Below are positions 1 to 9,720 of a DNA stretch of 64,000 nt, piece after piece. A model generated the notes under the pieces. The model made no database searches. It worked only from the letters and a program-made list of their open reading frames with translations, and was not told where the DNA came from. Origin of the DNA: Candidatus Magasanikbacteria bacterium GW2011_GWA2_37_8 (GTDB taxonomy: Bacteria; Patescibacteriota; Patescibacteriia; Magasanikbacterales; GWA2-37-8); assembly GCA_000992085.1 (NCBI GenBank), contig LBTN01000005.1, positions 4,999 through 68,998 of the forward strand, in the 5' to 3' direction. Made by a program: the position numbers and the translations under genes. Numbering within the stretch: position 1 is the stretch's first letter; every line of letters begins with the position of its first letter.

Positions 1-1
1 C

Positions 2-439
2 TTTTTTAAATTAGACAGACAAATTACGAAAGATAATTTAAAAAATATAGATGTTATTTTTGTCTTTGGTGGAAATACTTTTGATTATTTAGACAGAATC
101 AAAAAAACTGGCCTTGATAAATTAATAAAAAGTTTTGTAAAAAAAGGTGGGGTTTATTTAGGATTAAGCGCTGGCAGCTATGTTGCAGCCCCAACTATCA
201 AAGCAGCCACATGGAAAAATGTGGATGAAAATTTAATTGAACTGAAAAATCTTAAAGGTTTAAATCTTGTTCCGTTTTTAGTAACAGCACATTTAGACGA
301 CAAATCACTACCAATTGTTAAGGAAGAAGCTAAAAAAACAAAATACAAAATTATATCTTTAACCGACGAACAGGCAGTTTTGGTTAACGGCAAAACCACA
401 AAAATAATTGGCAAAGGTAAAAAGAATATTTTTAACTAA
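2..439 (+). CDS. Peptidase S51 (dipeptidase E-like) family protein, 5'-partial
   Basis: Frame-2 translation is open from the window edge: IFVFGGNTFDYL...GLSAGSYVAAP, matching the GGNT and GxSAGS signatures of PepE/cyanophycinase-type peptidases. Stop at 437-439. Confidence 0.6.
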   Translation, partial: FFKLDRQITKDNLKNIDVIFVFGGNTFDYLDRIKKTGLDKLIKSFVKKGGVYLGLSAGSYVAAPTIKAATWKNVDENLIELKNLKGLNLVPFLVTAHLDDKSLPIVKEEAKKTKYKIISLTDEQAVLVNGKTTKIIGKGKKNIFN

Positions 440-449
440 CCATTTTCTT

Positions 450-1043
450 ATGTTATTCGGCATCACACTTGTCCATTGGTTAGTTATTGCCAGTGCAATT
501 ATTAGCGTATTCGGTTCAATTGCCTATATCCGCGACACTTTTTTAGGAAAAACCAAACCTAACCGTGTTACTTGGTTTTTGTGGGCGCTTGCCCCACTTA
601 TCGGCACTGGCGCCGCATTATCTGCCCACGCCGACCCTTGGGCGACCACCCGTATTTTCTTGGCTGGATTTCTACCTTTAATAATTTTAATTGTTTCGTT
701 TTTTAATAAAAAAAGTTATTGGAAATTAACCACTTTTGATTTTCTTTGCGGTTTTTGTTCACTACTCGCAATCATAATGTGGGCAATAATCGATTCCCCA
801 CAACTAGCCATACTGCTAGCCGCCATTGGCGACGGCTTTGCCGCCATCCCCACTATCCGCAAAGCTTGGACCAACCCCGAAACCGAAACCGGCCTAACTT
901 TTATCTTCGGTCTTACCGCCACCCTGTTAGTACTTCCCTCTATTACAATATGGAACATCGAAAACTCCGCCTTTCAAATTTATCTCCTCGCTTCTAATAT
1001 AATATTAATTTTCTCAATTTATAGAAAAAGATTAAAAAAATAG
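450..1043 (+). CDS. Hypothetical polytopic membrane protein
   Basis: ORF with about six hydrophobic segments. The ATG at 450 (MLFGITLVHW) is preferred to the overlapping track start at 408. GC is higher than in neighbouring genes. Confidence 0.5.
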   Translation: MLFGITLVHWLVIASAIISVFGSIAYIRDTFLGKTKPNRVTWFLWALAPLIGTGAALSAHADPWATTRIFLAGFLPLIILIVSFFNKKSYWKLTTFDFLCGFCSLLAIIMWAIIDSPQLAILLAAIGDGFAAIPTIRKAWTNPETETGLTFIFGLTATLLVLPSITIWNIENSAFQIYLLASNIILIFSIYRKRLKK

Positions 1044-1199
1044 CAATGTGCAAAAAATGCACACTACAAATTAAAAACAGTTTACTTTAACCACAAAAAC
1101 AATCCAGTTGTTGCAAAAAATACAACAACTGGAGACAGCTTAATTTAACATTGCACTTTTTAACCAAATACAGTAAAATATCTCCGTAATTAATATATT

Positions 1200-1484
1200 A
1201 TGCTTACTATTGAAGAAGTTAAAAAAATCGCTAAATTGGCTCGAATTGACCTTACGCCCGAAGAAGAAAGCCGCCATGCCGACACTATTTCGGTGGTTTT
1301 AGATTATATGAAAATTTTGGATGAAGTGGATACCACTAACGTAGAGCCAACTGCGCAGGTAACTGGTTTAAGCAATATTGTACGCGAAGATATCACTCAC
1401 GAATGTACAATCAAAAAAGAACTCTTGGCACAAATGCCACAAGTAGACCAAAATGAGCTGGTGGTGCCAGCAGTTTTTGAATAA
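1200..1484 (+). CDS. gatC: Asp/Glu-tRNA amidotransferase subunit C
   Basis: 94 aa, MLTIEEVKKIAKLARIDLTPEE... is a typical GatC. It lies immediately upstream of gatA. Confidence 0.85.
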   Translation: MLTIEEVKKIAKLARIDLTPEEESRHADTISVVLDYMKILDEVDTTNVEPTAQVTGLSNIVREDITHECTIKKELLAQMPQVDQNELVVPAVFE

Positions 1485-1491
1485 TTTTTGT

Positions 1492-2943
1492 ATGAAAGAA
1501 TTAAATACCCTTACAATTAAAACTGCCCGAGCTGGTTTAGATAAAAAAGAATTTACATCGGTCGAACTTACCCAGGCTTGTTTAAACAGAATTAAAGAAC
1601 GCAACCCAGAATTAAATGCCTTTATTACTGTTTGTGAAAAAGAAGCTTTGGAAGAAGCCAGGGCCGCTGATAAAATAATCACCAGTGGAAAAGCGTTGGC
1701 TCTTACTGGTATTCCCTTCGCTGTTAAAGATGCAATTTGTACTGCCGGTGTACGCTCAACTGCTTCAGCCAAAATTTTAGATAACTACACTCCACCCTTT
1801 AACGCCACTGTTATACAAAAAATCCGCGAACAGGGCGGTGTTTTAATTGGTAAAAATAATTGCGACGCTTTTGGCCACGGCGCTAGTAACGAAAATAGTA
1901 TGTATGGTGCTGTTAAAAATCCACACGATCTAACCAAAGTTTCTGGTGGGTCTTCTGGCGGCTCGGCTGTGGCTGTAGCCGACCATATGTGTATTTTTGC
2001 TATTGGCGAAGATACCGGTGGATCGATTCGCCAACCTGCTAGTTTTTGTGGTGTGGTTGGACTACGCCCTTCCTACGGCCGCAACTCTCGGTTTGGCATT
2101 ATGCCAATGGCATCATCGCTCGACACGGTTGGCCCCTTTACAAAAACTGTTGAAGATATGGCGATTGTAATGGATATAATTGCTGGTCAAGATTCGCTCG
2201 ACGCTACCACCGTTCCAGACACTGTTCCAGAATATTCTAAAACTTTAAATAAAAAATCTAAAATTCGCATTGGTATTCCAAAAGAATATTTTGCTTTTGC
2301 CGAATTAAACAAAGAAATTAAAACGGTTATAGAAGAAAAAATTAATTCCTTAAAAAAACAAAGTTACGAAATTGTTGATGTCAGTTTACCTTATACAAAA
2401 TATGCCACCGCTGTTTACTATATCGTTGTTCCAAGCGAAGACAGCTCTAACCTAGCTCGAATGGATGGGATTCGCTACGGCGCACGCAAACAAGAAGGCA
2501 ATTTATTCGAACTTTATGCCAAAACTCGTGATCTTGGTTTTCCTGAAGAAGTAAAGCGTCGTATTTTAATTGGCACCTACGCTTTGTCTGCCGGATATTA
2601 TGATGCGTATTACAAAAAAGCCCAACAAGTCCGTACTTTAATTAAAAATGATTTTGATGAAGTGTTTAAAAAAGTTGATGTTTTAGTTACCCCCACCTCG
2701 CCTTTTACCGCTTTTAATATTGGCGAAAAATCTAATGATCCACTAGCTATGTATTTGGCTGATGTAATGCTTATACCCGCTGCTGTTTCTGGCGTACCCG
2801 CTATTTCTGTACCAGGCGGTAAAGATAAAAATGGATTGCCGATTGGTATCCAAGTTATTGGACCAAGAATGGGAGAAGAACAAGTATTACAAATTGCTAA
2901 ACAAATTGAAGATAGCTTACAAAAGCAAACATTTATTTGCTAA
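1492..2943 (+). CDS. gatA: Glu-tRNA(Gln) amidotransferase subunit A
   Basis: Amidase-signature protein (GGSSGGSAVAVA, catalytic Ser-cisSer-Lys context). Start chosen at MKELNTL. Confidence 0.9.
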   Translation: MKELNTLTIKTARAGLDKKEFTSVELTQACLNRIKERNPELNAFITVCEKEALEEARAADKIITSGKALALTGIPFAVKDAICTAGVRSTASAKILDNYTPPFNATVIQKIREQGGVLIGKNNCDAFGHGASNENSMYGAVKNPHDLTKVSGGSSGGSAVAVADHMCIFAIGEDTGGSIRQPASFCGVVGLRPSYGRNSRFGIMPMASSLDTVGPFTKTVEDMAIVMDIIAGQDSLDATTVPDTVPEYSKTLNKKSKIRIGIPKEYFAFAELNKEIKTVIEEKINSLKKQSYEIVDVSLPYTKYATAVYYIVVPSEDSSNLARMDGIRYGARKQEGNLFELYAKTRDLGFPEEVKRRILIGTYALSAGYYDAYYKKAQQVRTLIKNDFDEVFKKVDVLVTPTSPFTAFNIGEKSNDPLAMYLADVMLIPAAVSGVPAISVPGGKDKNGLPIGIQVIGPRMGEEQVLQIAKQIEDSLQKQTFIC

Positions 2944-2971
2944 TTGCTCCTTGTTCATTGTTAATTTATTT

Positions 2972-4525
2972 ATGCCAAATTTAATTCCCATTATCGGTCT
3001 TGAAATTCATGTTGAGCTTAAAACAAAAAGCAAAATGTTTTGTAGTTGTAAAAATGATCCCGATCATGATGCGCCCAACACCAACATTTGTGAAATTTGC
3101 CTAGCTCACCCCGGAACTTTGCCCGTACCAAACAAAACCGCAATCGAATGGACAGTAAAAATTGCCCAGGCTTTGGGTTGTAAAATTAACACCGAAAGTA
3201 AATTCGACCGTAAACATTATTTTTATCCCGATTTACCAAAAGGTTATCAAATCTCGCAATACGACCAACCCGTTGGCGAACATGGAAAAATAGAATTAGA
3301 CTTTTTACCAGGCAAAAATCATCGCGATAATACCACTATTGGTATTACTAGGGTTCACCTAGAAGAAGATACTGCCAAATTAACTCATGGCACAAAAAAT
3401 GAAACCCTGGTTGATTTTAACCGAGCTGGTGTACCACTAGTTGAAATTGTTTCAGACCCAGATATTGAAAGTGGCACCGAAGCCAAAGCTTACTGCCAAG
3501 AATTACAAGCAATTTTCCGCTCTTTGGGTGTTAGTGATGCGGATATGGAAAAAGGACAAATGCGTTGCGAAGCCAATATTTCTCTTCAAGAAGCTGGACA
3601 ATTTGTAATTGAAGATTGTATAGTAAAACCTGCCAAAAACTACACACTAAATCCAAAAGTAGAGGTAAAAAATATTAATTCTTTTCGGGCTGTAGAAAAA
3701 GCCATTGATTTTGAAATTGCACGCCAAACAAAAATGTTAGAAAATGGCGAAACCTGGATTCAACAAACTCGTGGCTGGGATAACGACAAAAATGAAACTG
3801 TACTACAACGCGAAAAAGAAACTTCGGCCGATTATCGCTACTTCCCCGAACCAGATATTCCACCATTCAACCCAAGCCAAATTGCTGGCGAAATTAATTT
3901 ACCAGAATTGCCAGCTGCCAAACGCAAACGCTTTCACACCGAATATGGTTTTTCGTATGCTGACGCCGGACTTTTAAGTAATGATAAAAATTGGGGTGAT
4001 TTTGCCGAAAGCACCATTAGCGAAATGTATGATTGGTTGCATAATTTACCAGAAACCAAAGCAAACGCCGAAGACACAATTGCTACCCAAAAAACTCAAC
4101 TGGCCAAATTGGCTGGTGGTTGGATTACTTCCAAATTAATGGGCGCAATGAGTGAAAGAAAAATTGATATTAAAATATTAAAAATTAAACCAGAAAATTT
4201 TGCCGAATTAATAGCACTAATTTTTACCAACCGCGTTAATTCTACCAACGCCCAAAAAATATTAATCGAAATGCTTGATTCTGGAGTAGATATGGACCCA
4301 ACCCATATTATGGAAGAAAAAGGCTACGGCCAAATGGCCGATGAAGATGCTTTGGGGAAAATCGTAGACGAAGTAATAAAAAACAACCCAAACCAAGTAA
4401 CCCAATTTAAAGCCGGCAAAGAACCACTACTACAATTTTTAAAAGGCATGGTAATGAAAGCCACCGAAGGCAGCGCCGACCCAGGTGTAGCCGAAAAATT
4501 GTTAAGAGAAAAGTTAAAAAATTAA
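2972..4525 (+). CDS. gatB: Asp/Glu-tRNA amidotransferase subunit B
   Basis: MPNLIPIIGLEIHVEL... N-terminus and a GatB/YqeY C-terminal domain. Follows gatA. Confidence 0.9.
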   Translation: MPNLIPIIGLEIHVELKTKSKMFCSCKNDPDHDAPNTNICEICLAHPGTLPVPNKTAIEWTVKIAQALGCKINTESKFDRKHYFYPDLPKGYQISQYDQPVGEHGKIELDFLPGKNHRDNTTIGITRVHLEEDTAKLTHGTKNETLVDFNRAGVPLVEIVSDPDIESGTEAKAYCQELQAIFRSLGVSDADMEKGQMRCEANISLQEAGQFVIEDCIVKPAKNYTLNPKVEVKNINSFRAVEKAIDFEIARQTKMLENGETWIQQTRGWDNDKNETVLQREKETSADYRYFPEPDIPPFNPSQIAGEINLPELPAAKRKRFHTEYGFSYADAGLLSNDKNWGDFAESTISEMYDWLHNLPETKANAEDTIATQKTQLAKLAGGWITSKLMGAMSERKIDIKILKIKPENFAELIALIFTNRVNSTNAQKILIEMLDSGVDMDPTHIMEEKGYGQMADEDALGKIVDEVIKNNPNQVTQFKAGKEPLLQFLKGMVMKATEGSADPGVAEKLLREKLKN

Positions 4526-4531
4526 AACATA

Positions 4532-4562
4532 AAAAAATTCCCTGAAATAAAGGGAATTTTTT
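4532..4562. terminator. Bidirectional intrinsic terminator after gatB
   Basis: AAAAAATTCCCTgaaataAAGGGAATTTTTT is a perfect hairpin flanked by A and T runs. Confidence 0.7.
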
Positions 4563-4696
4563 ATAAACAAAAATCCATCGCTTCCCCACCTAGTGCTTCC
4601 TTTAAAGAAAACACCGGGTGATGTGCGATGGACTCTTGTCCTTTCCACTCACCACCCCCAGAAGCCGATCAAACGACCACTGAGTGAACGTGCGCA

Positions 4697-5134
4697 TCAG
4701 GTAACGGACTCGAGGTAGAAGAAGATACCTTCATCGTACCTCGCCCGGATCATGGTTGGGCCCCCGATGTCGATGTTTTCGATCGCCTTCTCGAAGGTAC
4801 ATCCCCCACACTTGACAACAGCCTCGAACGGGTAGAGGTTGCAGACTACGAGATCAACCGGCTTGATGCCGAGGTTCAGGATCTGGCCCTGCTGGTCGGC
4901 GTTGGGCAGTGCCAGAATTCCACCGAGCACGCCCGGATGCAGCGTCTTCAGACGCCCGTCCAAGCACTCGGGGAACTGCGTGACTTCGGCCACGTCGATT
5001 ACGGTCAATCCGGCGTCACGCAACGCCTTGGCCGTGCCACCCGTGGACACCAACTCGAAGCCGAGCTTCACGAGGCCCTCTGCGAATTCGACCAATCCGG
5101 TCTTGTCCGAGACACTCAATACCGCACGTTTCAT
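4697..5134 (-). CDS. Stand-alone MGS-like domain (N-terminal fragment of PurH, AICAR transformylase/IMP cyclohydrolase), GC-rich and probably truncated or foreign
   Basis: [18 protein letters not shown]...[11 protein letters not shown]...[16 protein letters not shown] is the PurH MGS-like domain, but the ORF diverges and stops after about 145 aa. About 60% GC in a 35% GC genome. A strong GGAGGAGGG ribosome-binding site lies upstream on the minus strand. Confidence 0.55.
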   Translation of the reverse strand: MKRAVLSVSDKTGLVEFAEGLVKLGFELVSTGGTAKALRDAGLTVIDVAEVTQFPECLDGRLKTLHPGVLGGILALPNADQQGQILNLGIKPVDLVVCNLYPFEAVVKCGGCTFEKAIENIDIGGPTMIRARYDEGIFFYLESVT

Positions 5135-5216
5135 GAGCACCCTCCTCCGGCTCTGCCGGTGTAAAAATGGAACAGTCATATAAACATAACACAAACGCTA
5201 TTTTTTTTCAATACTA

Positions 5217-5244
5217 TTGCCTAAAAAAACAATGGTGATATAAT
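5217..5244 (+). promoter_or_regulatory. Sigma70-like promoter upstream of guaB
   Basis: TTGCCT, a 16-bp spacer, then an extended -10 TGaTATAAT. Confidence 0.45.
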
Positions 5245-5286
5245 ACCCCAGTATGAAATATATTCACCAAAAATATAGATAAAAAA

Positions 5287-5310
5287 CCACCTAAATCCGG
5301 GTGGTTTTGT
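5287..5310 (+). terminator. Terminator-like hairpin in the guaB leader (attenuator or sRNA end)
   Basis: CCACCtaaatccgGGTGG followed by TTTTGT, located between the promoter and the guaB start. Confidence 0.35.
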
Positions 5311-5324
5311 ACGTAACCCAAACA

Positions 5325-5356
5325 CTTACTCCTTATTCCTTACTCTTTATTCCTTA
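5325..5356. repeat. (GGARTAA)n heptamer repeat, guaB 5' UTR
   Basis: CTTACTCCTTATTCCTTACTCTTTATTCCTTA ends 5 nt before the guaB ATG. Confidence 0.75.
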
Positions 5357-5360
5357 ACTT

Positions 5361-6794
5361 ATGCTTTCCATCCCTCTAGCCCTTACCTACGACGATGTTC
5401 TAATCGTACCAAAACGTTCTTCTCTCACTTCACGAAGCGAAGCTAATACAACCACTCGCTTAACCAAAAAACTCAACCTCAACATTCCTATTGTTACTTC
5501 CAACATGGACACAGTTACCGAAAGTGATATGGCGATTGCTTTGGCTCGACTGGGTGGTATTGGAATTTTGCATCGTTTTATGACAATCGAAGAAAATGCC
5601 GAAGAAGTAAAACGTGTAAAACGCGCTCAAAATTTTATTGTAAACGATCCCTATACGATTGACCCCGAAAAATCTGTAGCCGAAGCCAAAGCCTACGCTG
5701 CTTCAATTGGCATTACCGGCCTAATGGTTTCGAATGGCGATCGCAAACTTCGTGGCATTCTTTCGCGTCGTGATTTTCTTTTCTCAAATGGAGATAACAA
5801 AAAAGTTTCCGAAATCATGACACCTCGCGAAAAATTAATTGTTGGCCACGCTCATACTACTTTTAACGAAGCCAAACAAATTTTCTCCGAACATAAAATC
5901 GAAAAACTGCCATTGGTTGATTCCGAAGATAGAATTGTGGGAATTATTACAAGCGATGATATTAAACATATTATTGATTATCCACTATCTAATTGCGATG
6001 ATGACGGCCAATTAATAGTGGGCGCTTCGGTTGGTGTACAAGGTGATTTTGTAGAACGAGCCGAAGAATTGGTAAAAGCTGGTGTTGATGTAATTGTAAT
6101 TGATATTGCCCACGGCCATTCTGATGCGATGTTTAAAGCCATTGCCAAATTACGCGAAGCTATTGGCGACACACAATTAATTGCAGGTAATATTGCCACT
6201 GCCTCGGCTGCTTTAGAATTATGTGAAGCCGGAGTAGATGGATTAAAAGTTGGTGTTGGCCCTGGTACAATTTGTATCACTCGTCTAGTGACTGGTTGTG
6301 GCATGCCCCAATTAACCGCTGTAATGGAAACTTCTCGAATTGCCAAACGTTATGGTGTACCCATTATTGCTGATGGCGGTATTCAAAGATCTGGAGACAT
6401 TGTAAAAGCTATCGGTGCTGGCGCTGATACAGTAATGATGGGTGGTATGTTTGCTGGCACAGAAGAAAGCCCTGGGGTGGTTATGACCAAAGGTGATAGA
6501 AAATTTAAAATTTGTCGAGGCAGTGCCAGTTTTACCGTAGCCAATCAAAGAAGATTAATTAAACAAAGCGCTAAAGAGGTAAAAGAAATAATACCAGAAG
6601 GGGTAGAATCAATCGTGCCGTTTAAAGGGCCAGTAACCGATATTGTAAACCAACTAATTGGCGGCCTAAAATCTGGCATGAGTTACACTAATTCCCACAC
6701 CATTGCCGAACTACAAAAAAACGTCGAATTTGTTCGCATGACCAACGCCGGCTTAAAAGAAAGCGGTTCCCATGATGTTCAAGCAATTACCTAA
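5361..6794 (+). CDS. guaB: IMP dehydrogenase
   Basis: Tandem CBS domains and the catalytic loop GVGPGTICITR. 477 aa. Confidence 0.92.
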   Translation: MLSIPLALTYDDVLIVPKRSSLTSRSEANTTTRLTKKLNLNIPIVTSNMDTVTESDMAIALARLGGIGILHRFMTIEENAEEVKRVKRAQNFIVNDPYTIDPEKSVAEAKAYAASIGITGLMVSNGDRKLRGILSRRDFLFSNGDNKKVSEIMTPREKLIVGHAHTTFNEAKQIFSEHKIEKLPLVDSEDRIVGIITSDDIKHIIDYPLSNCDDDGQLIVGASVGVQGDFVERAEELVKAGVDVIVIDIAHGHSDAMFKAIAKLREAIGDTQLIAGNIATASAALELCEAGVDGLKVGVGPGTICITRLVTGCGMPQLTAVMETSRIAKRYGVPIIADGGIQRSGDIVKAIGAGADTVMMGGMFAGTEESPGVVMTKGDRKFKICRGSASFTVANQRRLIKQSAKEVKEIIPEGVESIVPFKGPVTDIVNQLIGGLKSGMSYTNSHTIAELQKNVEFVRMTNAGLKESGSHDVQAIT

Positions 6795-6812
6795 ATGTGT
6801 GGATAAATATTT

Positions 6813-6841
6813 TTGACCATATTCTTCTATTCTGCTATACT
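6813..6841 (+). promoter_or_regulatory. Promoter of the pyr operon with an adjacent DnaA box
   Basis: TTGACC, a 17-bp spacer, then TATACT. A perfect DnaA box (TGTGGATAA, reverse complement of TTATCCACA) sits at 6798-6806 immediately upstream. Confidence 0.45.
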
Positions 6842-6852
6842 GCTTTTAGCTT

Positions 6853-6939
6853 ATGAAACACAAATATCCTCTTCAAAACTACAAAAAAATTAAAAAAGAC
6901 ACATTTGTCCTCAATTTATTAATTTCCATACTACCATAA
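6853..6939 (+). CDS. Candidate pyrB leader peptide (28 aa)
   Basis: ATG-initiated ORF MKHKYPLQNYKKIKKDTFVLNLLISILP whose stop codon lies inside the hairpin of the following terminator, 22 nt before the pyrB start. This is the layout of the E. coli pyrBI attenuator. Confidence 0.35.
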   Translation: MKHKYPLQNYKKIKKDTFVLNLLISILP

Positions 6940-6954
6940 GGTAGTATTTTTTTA
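6928..6954 (+). terminator. Intrinsic terminator/attenuator in the pyrB leader
   Basis: ATACTACCataaGGTAGTAT followed by TTTTTTT. Confidence 0.5.
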
Positions 6955-6961
6955 ATTATTT

Positions 6962-7876
6962 ATGAATTTTACCAATCGCGACATCATCGGAATATCAGAA
7001 TTAACAAAAACCGAAATTCTACATATTTTAAAAATAGCCAAAAGTCTAAAACAAAAACCACAACCAAAAATTTTAGAACACAAAGTAATGGGAAGTTGTT
7101 TTTTTGAACCTTCTACTCGTACCAGACTTTCTTTTGAAACTGCCATGGAGCGATTAGGAGGTAAGGTAGTGGGGTTTGCTGATCCAGGGGTAACATCGGC
7201 CAAAAAAGGCGAATCATTATTTGACGCTATAAAAATTATTGGTCAATATGTTGATGTAATCGCCATGCGCCACCCCATCGAAGGCGCAGCCAGGCGTGCG
7301 GCCGAAGCCACCGATAAACCAATCTTAAATGGCGGTGATGGTGCCAATCAACACCCTACTCAAACATTACTAGACTTATTTACCATCCAAGAATGTCAGA
7401 AAAAACTAGAGGGTTTAAGTATTGCTTTGGTAGGTGATTTAAAATATGGCCGTACCACTCATTCTCTAGCCCAAGCATTGGCGCACTTTAACGCCAAACT
7501 ATATTTTGTTGCCCCAGACAGTTTGCAGATGCCTGGATATATTTGCGATGAATTAAAAAACAATAATATCAAATTTTCCATACATCAAAAAATCGAAGAA
7601 GTGATAAATAAAGTAGACATCTTTTATATGACTCGCATCCAAGGCGAACGTTTTGCTGATCCAATGGAATACGAACGTGTAAAAAATGTTTTTGTACTTA
7701 ATGCTAAAATGCTAGAAAAAGCCAAACCAAATTTAAAAGTAATGCATCCCCTGCCTCGAGTTAACGAAATCACAACCAGTGTTGATAAAACCCCCCACGC
7801 CTACTATTTTGAACAAGCCGAAAATGGATTGTACGTACGAGAAGCACTGCTTGGATTAGTTTTAGGTAAACTTTAA
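6962..7876 (+). CDS. pyrB: Aspartate carbamoyltransferase catalytic subunit
   Basis: STRTR, HPTQ and HPLP motifs. 304 aa. Confidence 0.9.
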   Translation: MNFTNRDIIGISELTKTEILHILKIAKSLKQKPQPKILEHKVMGSCFFEPSTRTRLSFETAMERLGGKVVGFADPGVTSAKKGESLFDAIKIIGQYVDVIAMRHPIEGAARRAAEATDKPILNGGDGANQHPTQTLLDLFTIQECQKKLEGLSIALVGDLKYGRTTHSLAQALAHFNAKLYFVAPDSLQMPGYICDELKNNNIKFSIHQKIEEVINKVDIFYMTRIQGERFADPMEYERVKNVFVLNAKMLEKAKPNLKVMHPLPRVNEITTSVDKTPHAYYFEQAENGLYVREALLGLVLGKL

Positions 7877-7899
7877 TTTTTTACTAAACATTAAAAAAT

Positions 7900-8379
7900 A
7901 TGTCTGAATCATTACAAAAAAACAAACTCCTTGTAACCGCTATCAAAGATGGTACAGTAATTGATCATATTACTGCGGCTCATGCTCTAAAAATTATTCG
8001 CTTGCTCAATCTAGCCGATCATAACAAACGCGTTACCGTCGGGTTAAACTTGCCTAGTAAAACTATGGGGCTAAAAGATTTAATCAAAGTAGAAGGCCGC
8101 GAATTAACCGAGGAAGAAATAAAACGCGTGGCGATATTGGCACCAGAGGCAACTATTAATATTATTAAAAACTATCAAATCGCTAAAAAATTTCATGCCG
8201 AAATTCCCGATGTAATCGAATATGTAGTGGTATGCCCTAATCCAATATGTATCACCAACAACGAAAACATGGATAGTAAATTTATTGTAAAAAAAGAAAA
8301 AAATAATATCAAATTAAAATGCTGGTATTGCGAAAAAACTTTTCCCCAAGAAGAAATCAGAGACTACAAAAATAATTAA
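7900..8379 (+). CDS. pyrI: Aspartate carbamoyltransferase regulatory subunit
   Basis: 159 aa with a C-terminal zinc domain (CPNPICITNNE...CWYCEK). Confidence 0.85.
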   Translation: MSESLQKNKLLVTAIKDGTVIDHITAAHALKIIRLLNLADHNKRVTVGLNLPSKTMGLKDLIKVEGRELTEEEIKRVAILAPEATINIIKNYQIAKKFHAEIPDVIEYVVVCPNPICITNNENMDSKFIVKKEKNNIKLKCWYCEKTFPQEEIRDYKNN

Positions 8380-8380
8380 T

Positions 8381-9547
8381 ATGCTGATTAAAACTTGGAA
8401 CAACCAAGAAATTGATCTGCCAATAGAGATCGCAAATACAGGTGATCCGGTGGCTTTACCAGCTCTAATCGACCCCCATGTCCATTTTCGCACTCCGGGT
8501 GCCGAACAAAAAGAAAATTGGATTACCGGTACAGAAGCAGCTTTGGCTGGTGGTGTAACCACTGTGTTTGATATGCCAAATAATAATCCGGCCGTTATAG
8601 ACTATCAGTCAATCATAAATAAAAAACAAATTATTAATGAACAAATTAAATTAACTGGCAAACAATTAAATTATTATCTTTATTTAGGCGCTACTCCAAA
8701 TAATTATACCGAATTTGCCAAATGCAAAAACGAAATAATTGGTGTAAAACTTTTTATGGGCGCTAGCACTGGTGATTTACTAGTAGAAAAACTAGAAGAT
8801 CAGGAAAATATTTTTAAAACCTGTGCCGAATTAGATCTAGTTTTGGCAGTTCACGCCGAAAGCGAAGAAATTATTAAAGCCAACAGTTCACAGTTCACAG
8901 CCAATAGTTTAAAAACAAGTGGCCATTCAAAAATTCGTTCTCGCGAAGCAGCTGTAAAAGCAGTTACACAAGCCTTATCTTTGGCTAAAAAATATAACAC
9001 CAAATTATACATCTGCCATGTTAGTACCAAAGAAGAAATTGAATTAATTACACAAGCAAAATCAGAAGGCGTAACAGTATATGCCGAAGTTGCCCCCCAC
9101 CACCTATTTTTAACCGAAAACGACTACGAACGCCTAGGAACGCTGGGACAAATGAATCCGCCTCTTCGTACCATTTCCGATCAAATTGCCCTCTGGCAGG
9201 CCATTACGAATGGTATAATTGATACTATAGGTACCGACCACGCCCCCCATACTTTAGAAGAAAAATCTAAAACATACCCCAATTCCCCATCTGGTGTACC
9301 TGGCATCGAAACTCTTTTGCCCCTACTATTAAACGCATACCACGAAGGTAAAATTTCTCTACAAAAAATTGTTGAACTAACTAAATTTAATATTGAAAAA
9401 ATATTTAATCTACCACCAAATAATGATTGGGTAATAGCAGATTTAAATTTAGAAAAAAAAGTAGAAAACAAAAACCTAAAAACCAAATGCGGCTGGAGCC
9501 CATACTCTGAAACAAAATTAAAAGGCTGGCCAATAATGACGGTATAG
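8381..9547 (+). CDS. pyrC: Dihydroorotase
   Basis: DPHVHFRTPG metal-binding motif, amidohydrolase fold. Contains an in-frame copy of the pyr-spacer repeat at 8885-8909 (..NSSQFTANSLK..), and its TAG stop comes from the downstream repeat. Confidence 0.88.
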   Translation: MLIKTWNNQEIDLPIEIANTGDPVALPALIDPHVHFRTPGAEQKENWITGTEAALAGGVTTVFDMPNNNPAVIDYQSIINKKQIINEQIKLTGKQLNYYLYLGATPNNYTEFAKCKNEIIGVKLFMGASTGDLLVEKLEDQENIFKTCAELDLVLAVHAESEEIIKANSSQFTANSLKTSGHSKIRSREAAVKAVTQALSLAKKYNTKLYICHVSTKEEIELITQAKSEGVTVYAEVAPHHLFLTENDYERLGTLGQMNPPLRTISDQIALWQAITNGIIDTIGTDHAPHTLEEKSKTYPNSPSGVPGIETLLPLLLNAYHEGKISLQKIVELTKFNIEKIFNLPPNNDWVIADLNLEKKVENKNLKTKCGWSPYSETKLKGWPIMTV

Positions 9548-9720
9548 TTCACAGCCAATAGCCAATAGTTCGTAGTTACAGGCCTATTGGCTGTGAACTA
9601 TTGGCTATGAACTATCAACAAGCTGTTGGCTATGAACTAAATAATTAATTAATACGCCAAAAAAACAGTCACCTAAATTAACTATTGGCTGTGAACTATT
9701 GGCTAAGAACTATACACATA
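9541..9720. repeat. Cluster of TTGGCTRTGAACTA palindromic repeats (pyrC/carbamoyltransferase spacer)
   Basis: Arms TAGTTCACAGCCAATAG and CTATTGGCTGTGAACTA form a long palindrome, plus about five further direct copies of TTGGCTRTGAACTA. Confidence 0.8.

Noticed and set aside
1044-1199. Two 6-10 bp stem-loops (TGTGCA-a5-TGCACA, CCAGTTGTTG-caaaaaata-CAACAACTGG) before gatC
   Set aside because: They could be terminators or protein-binding sites, but there is no U-run, and nothing distinguishes them from chance palindromes in AT-rich spacer.
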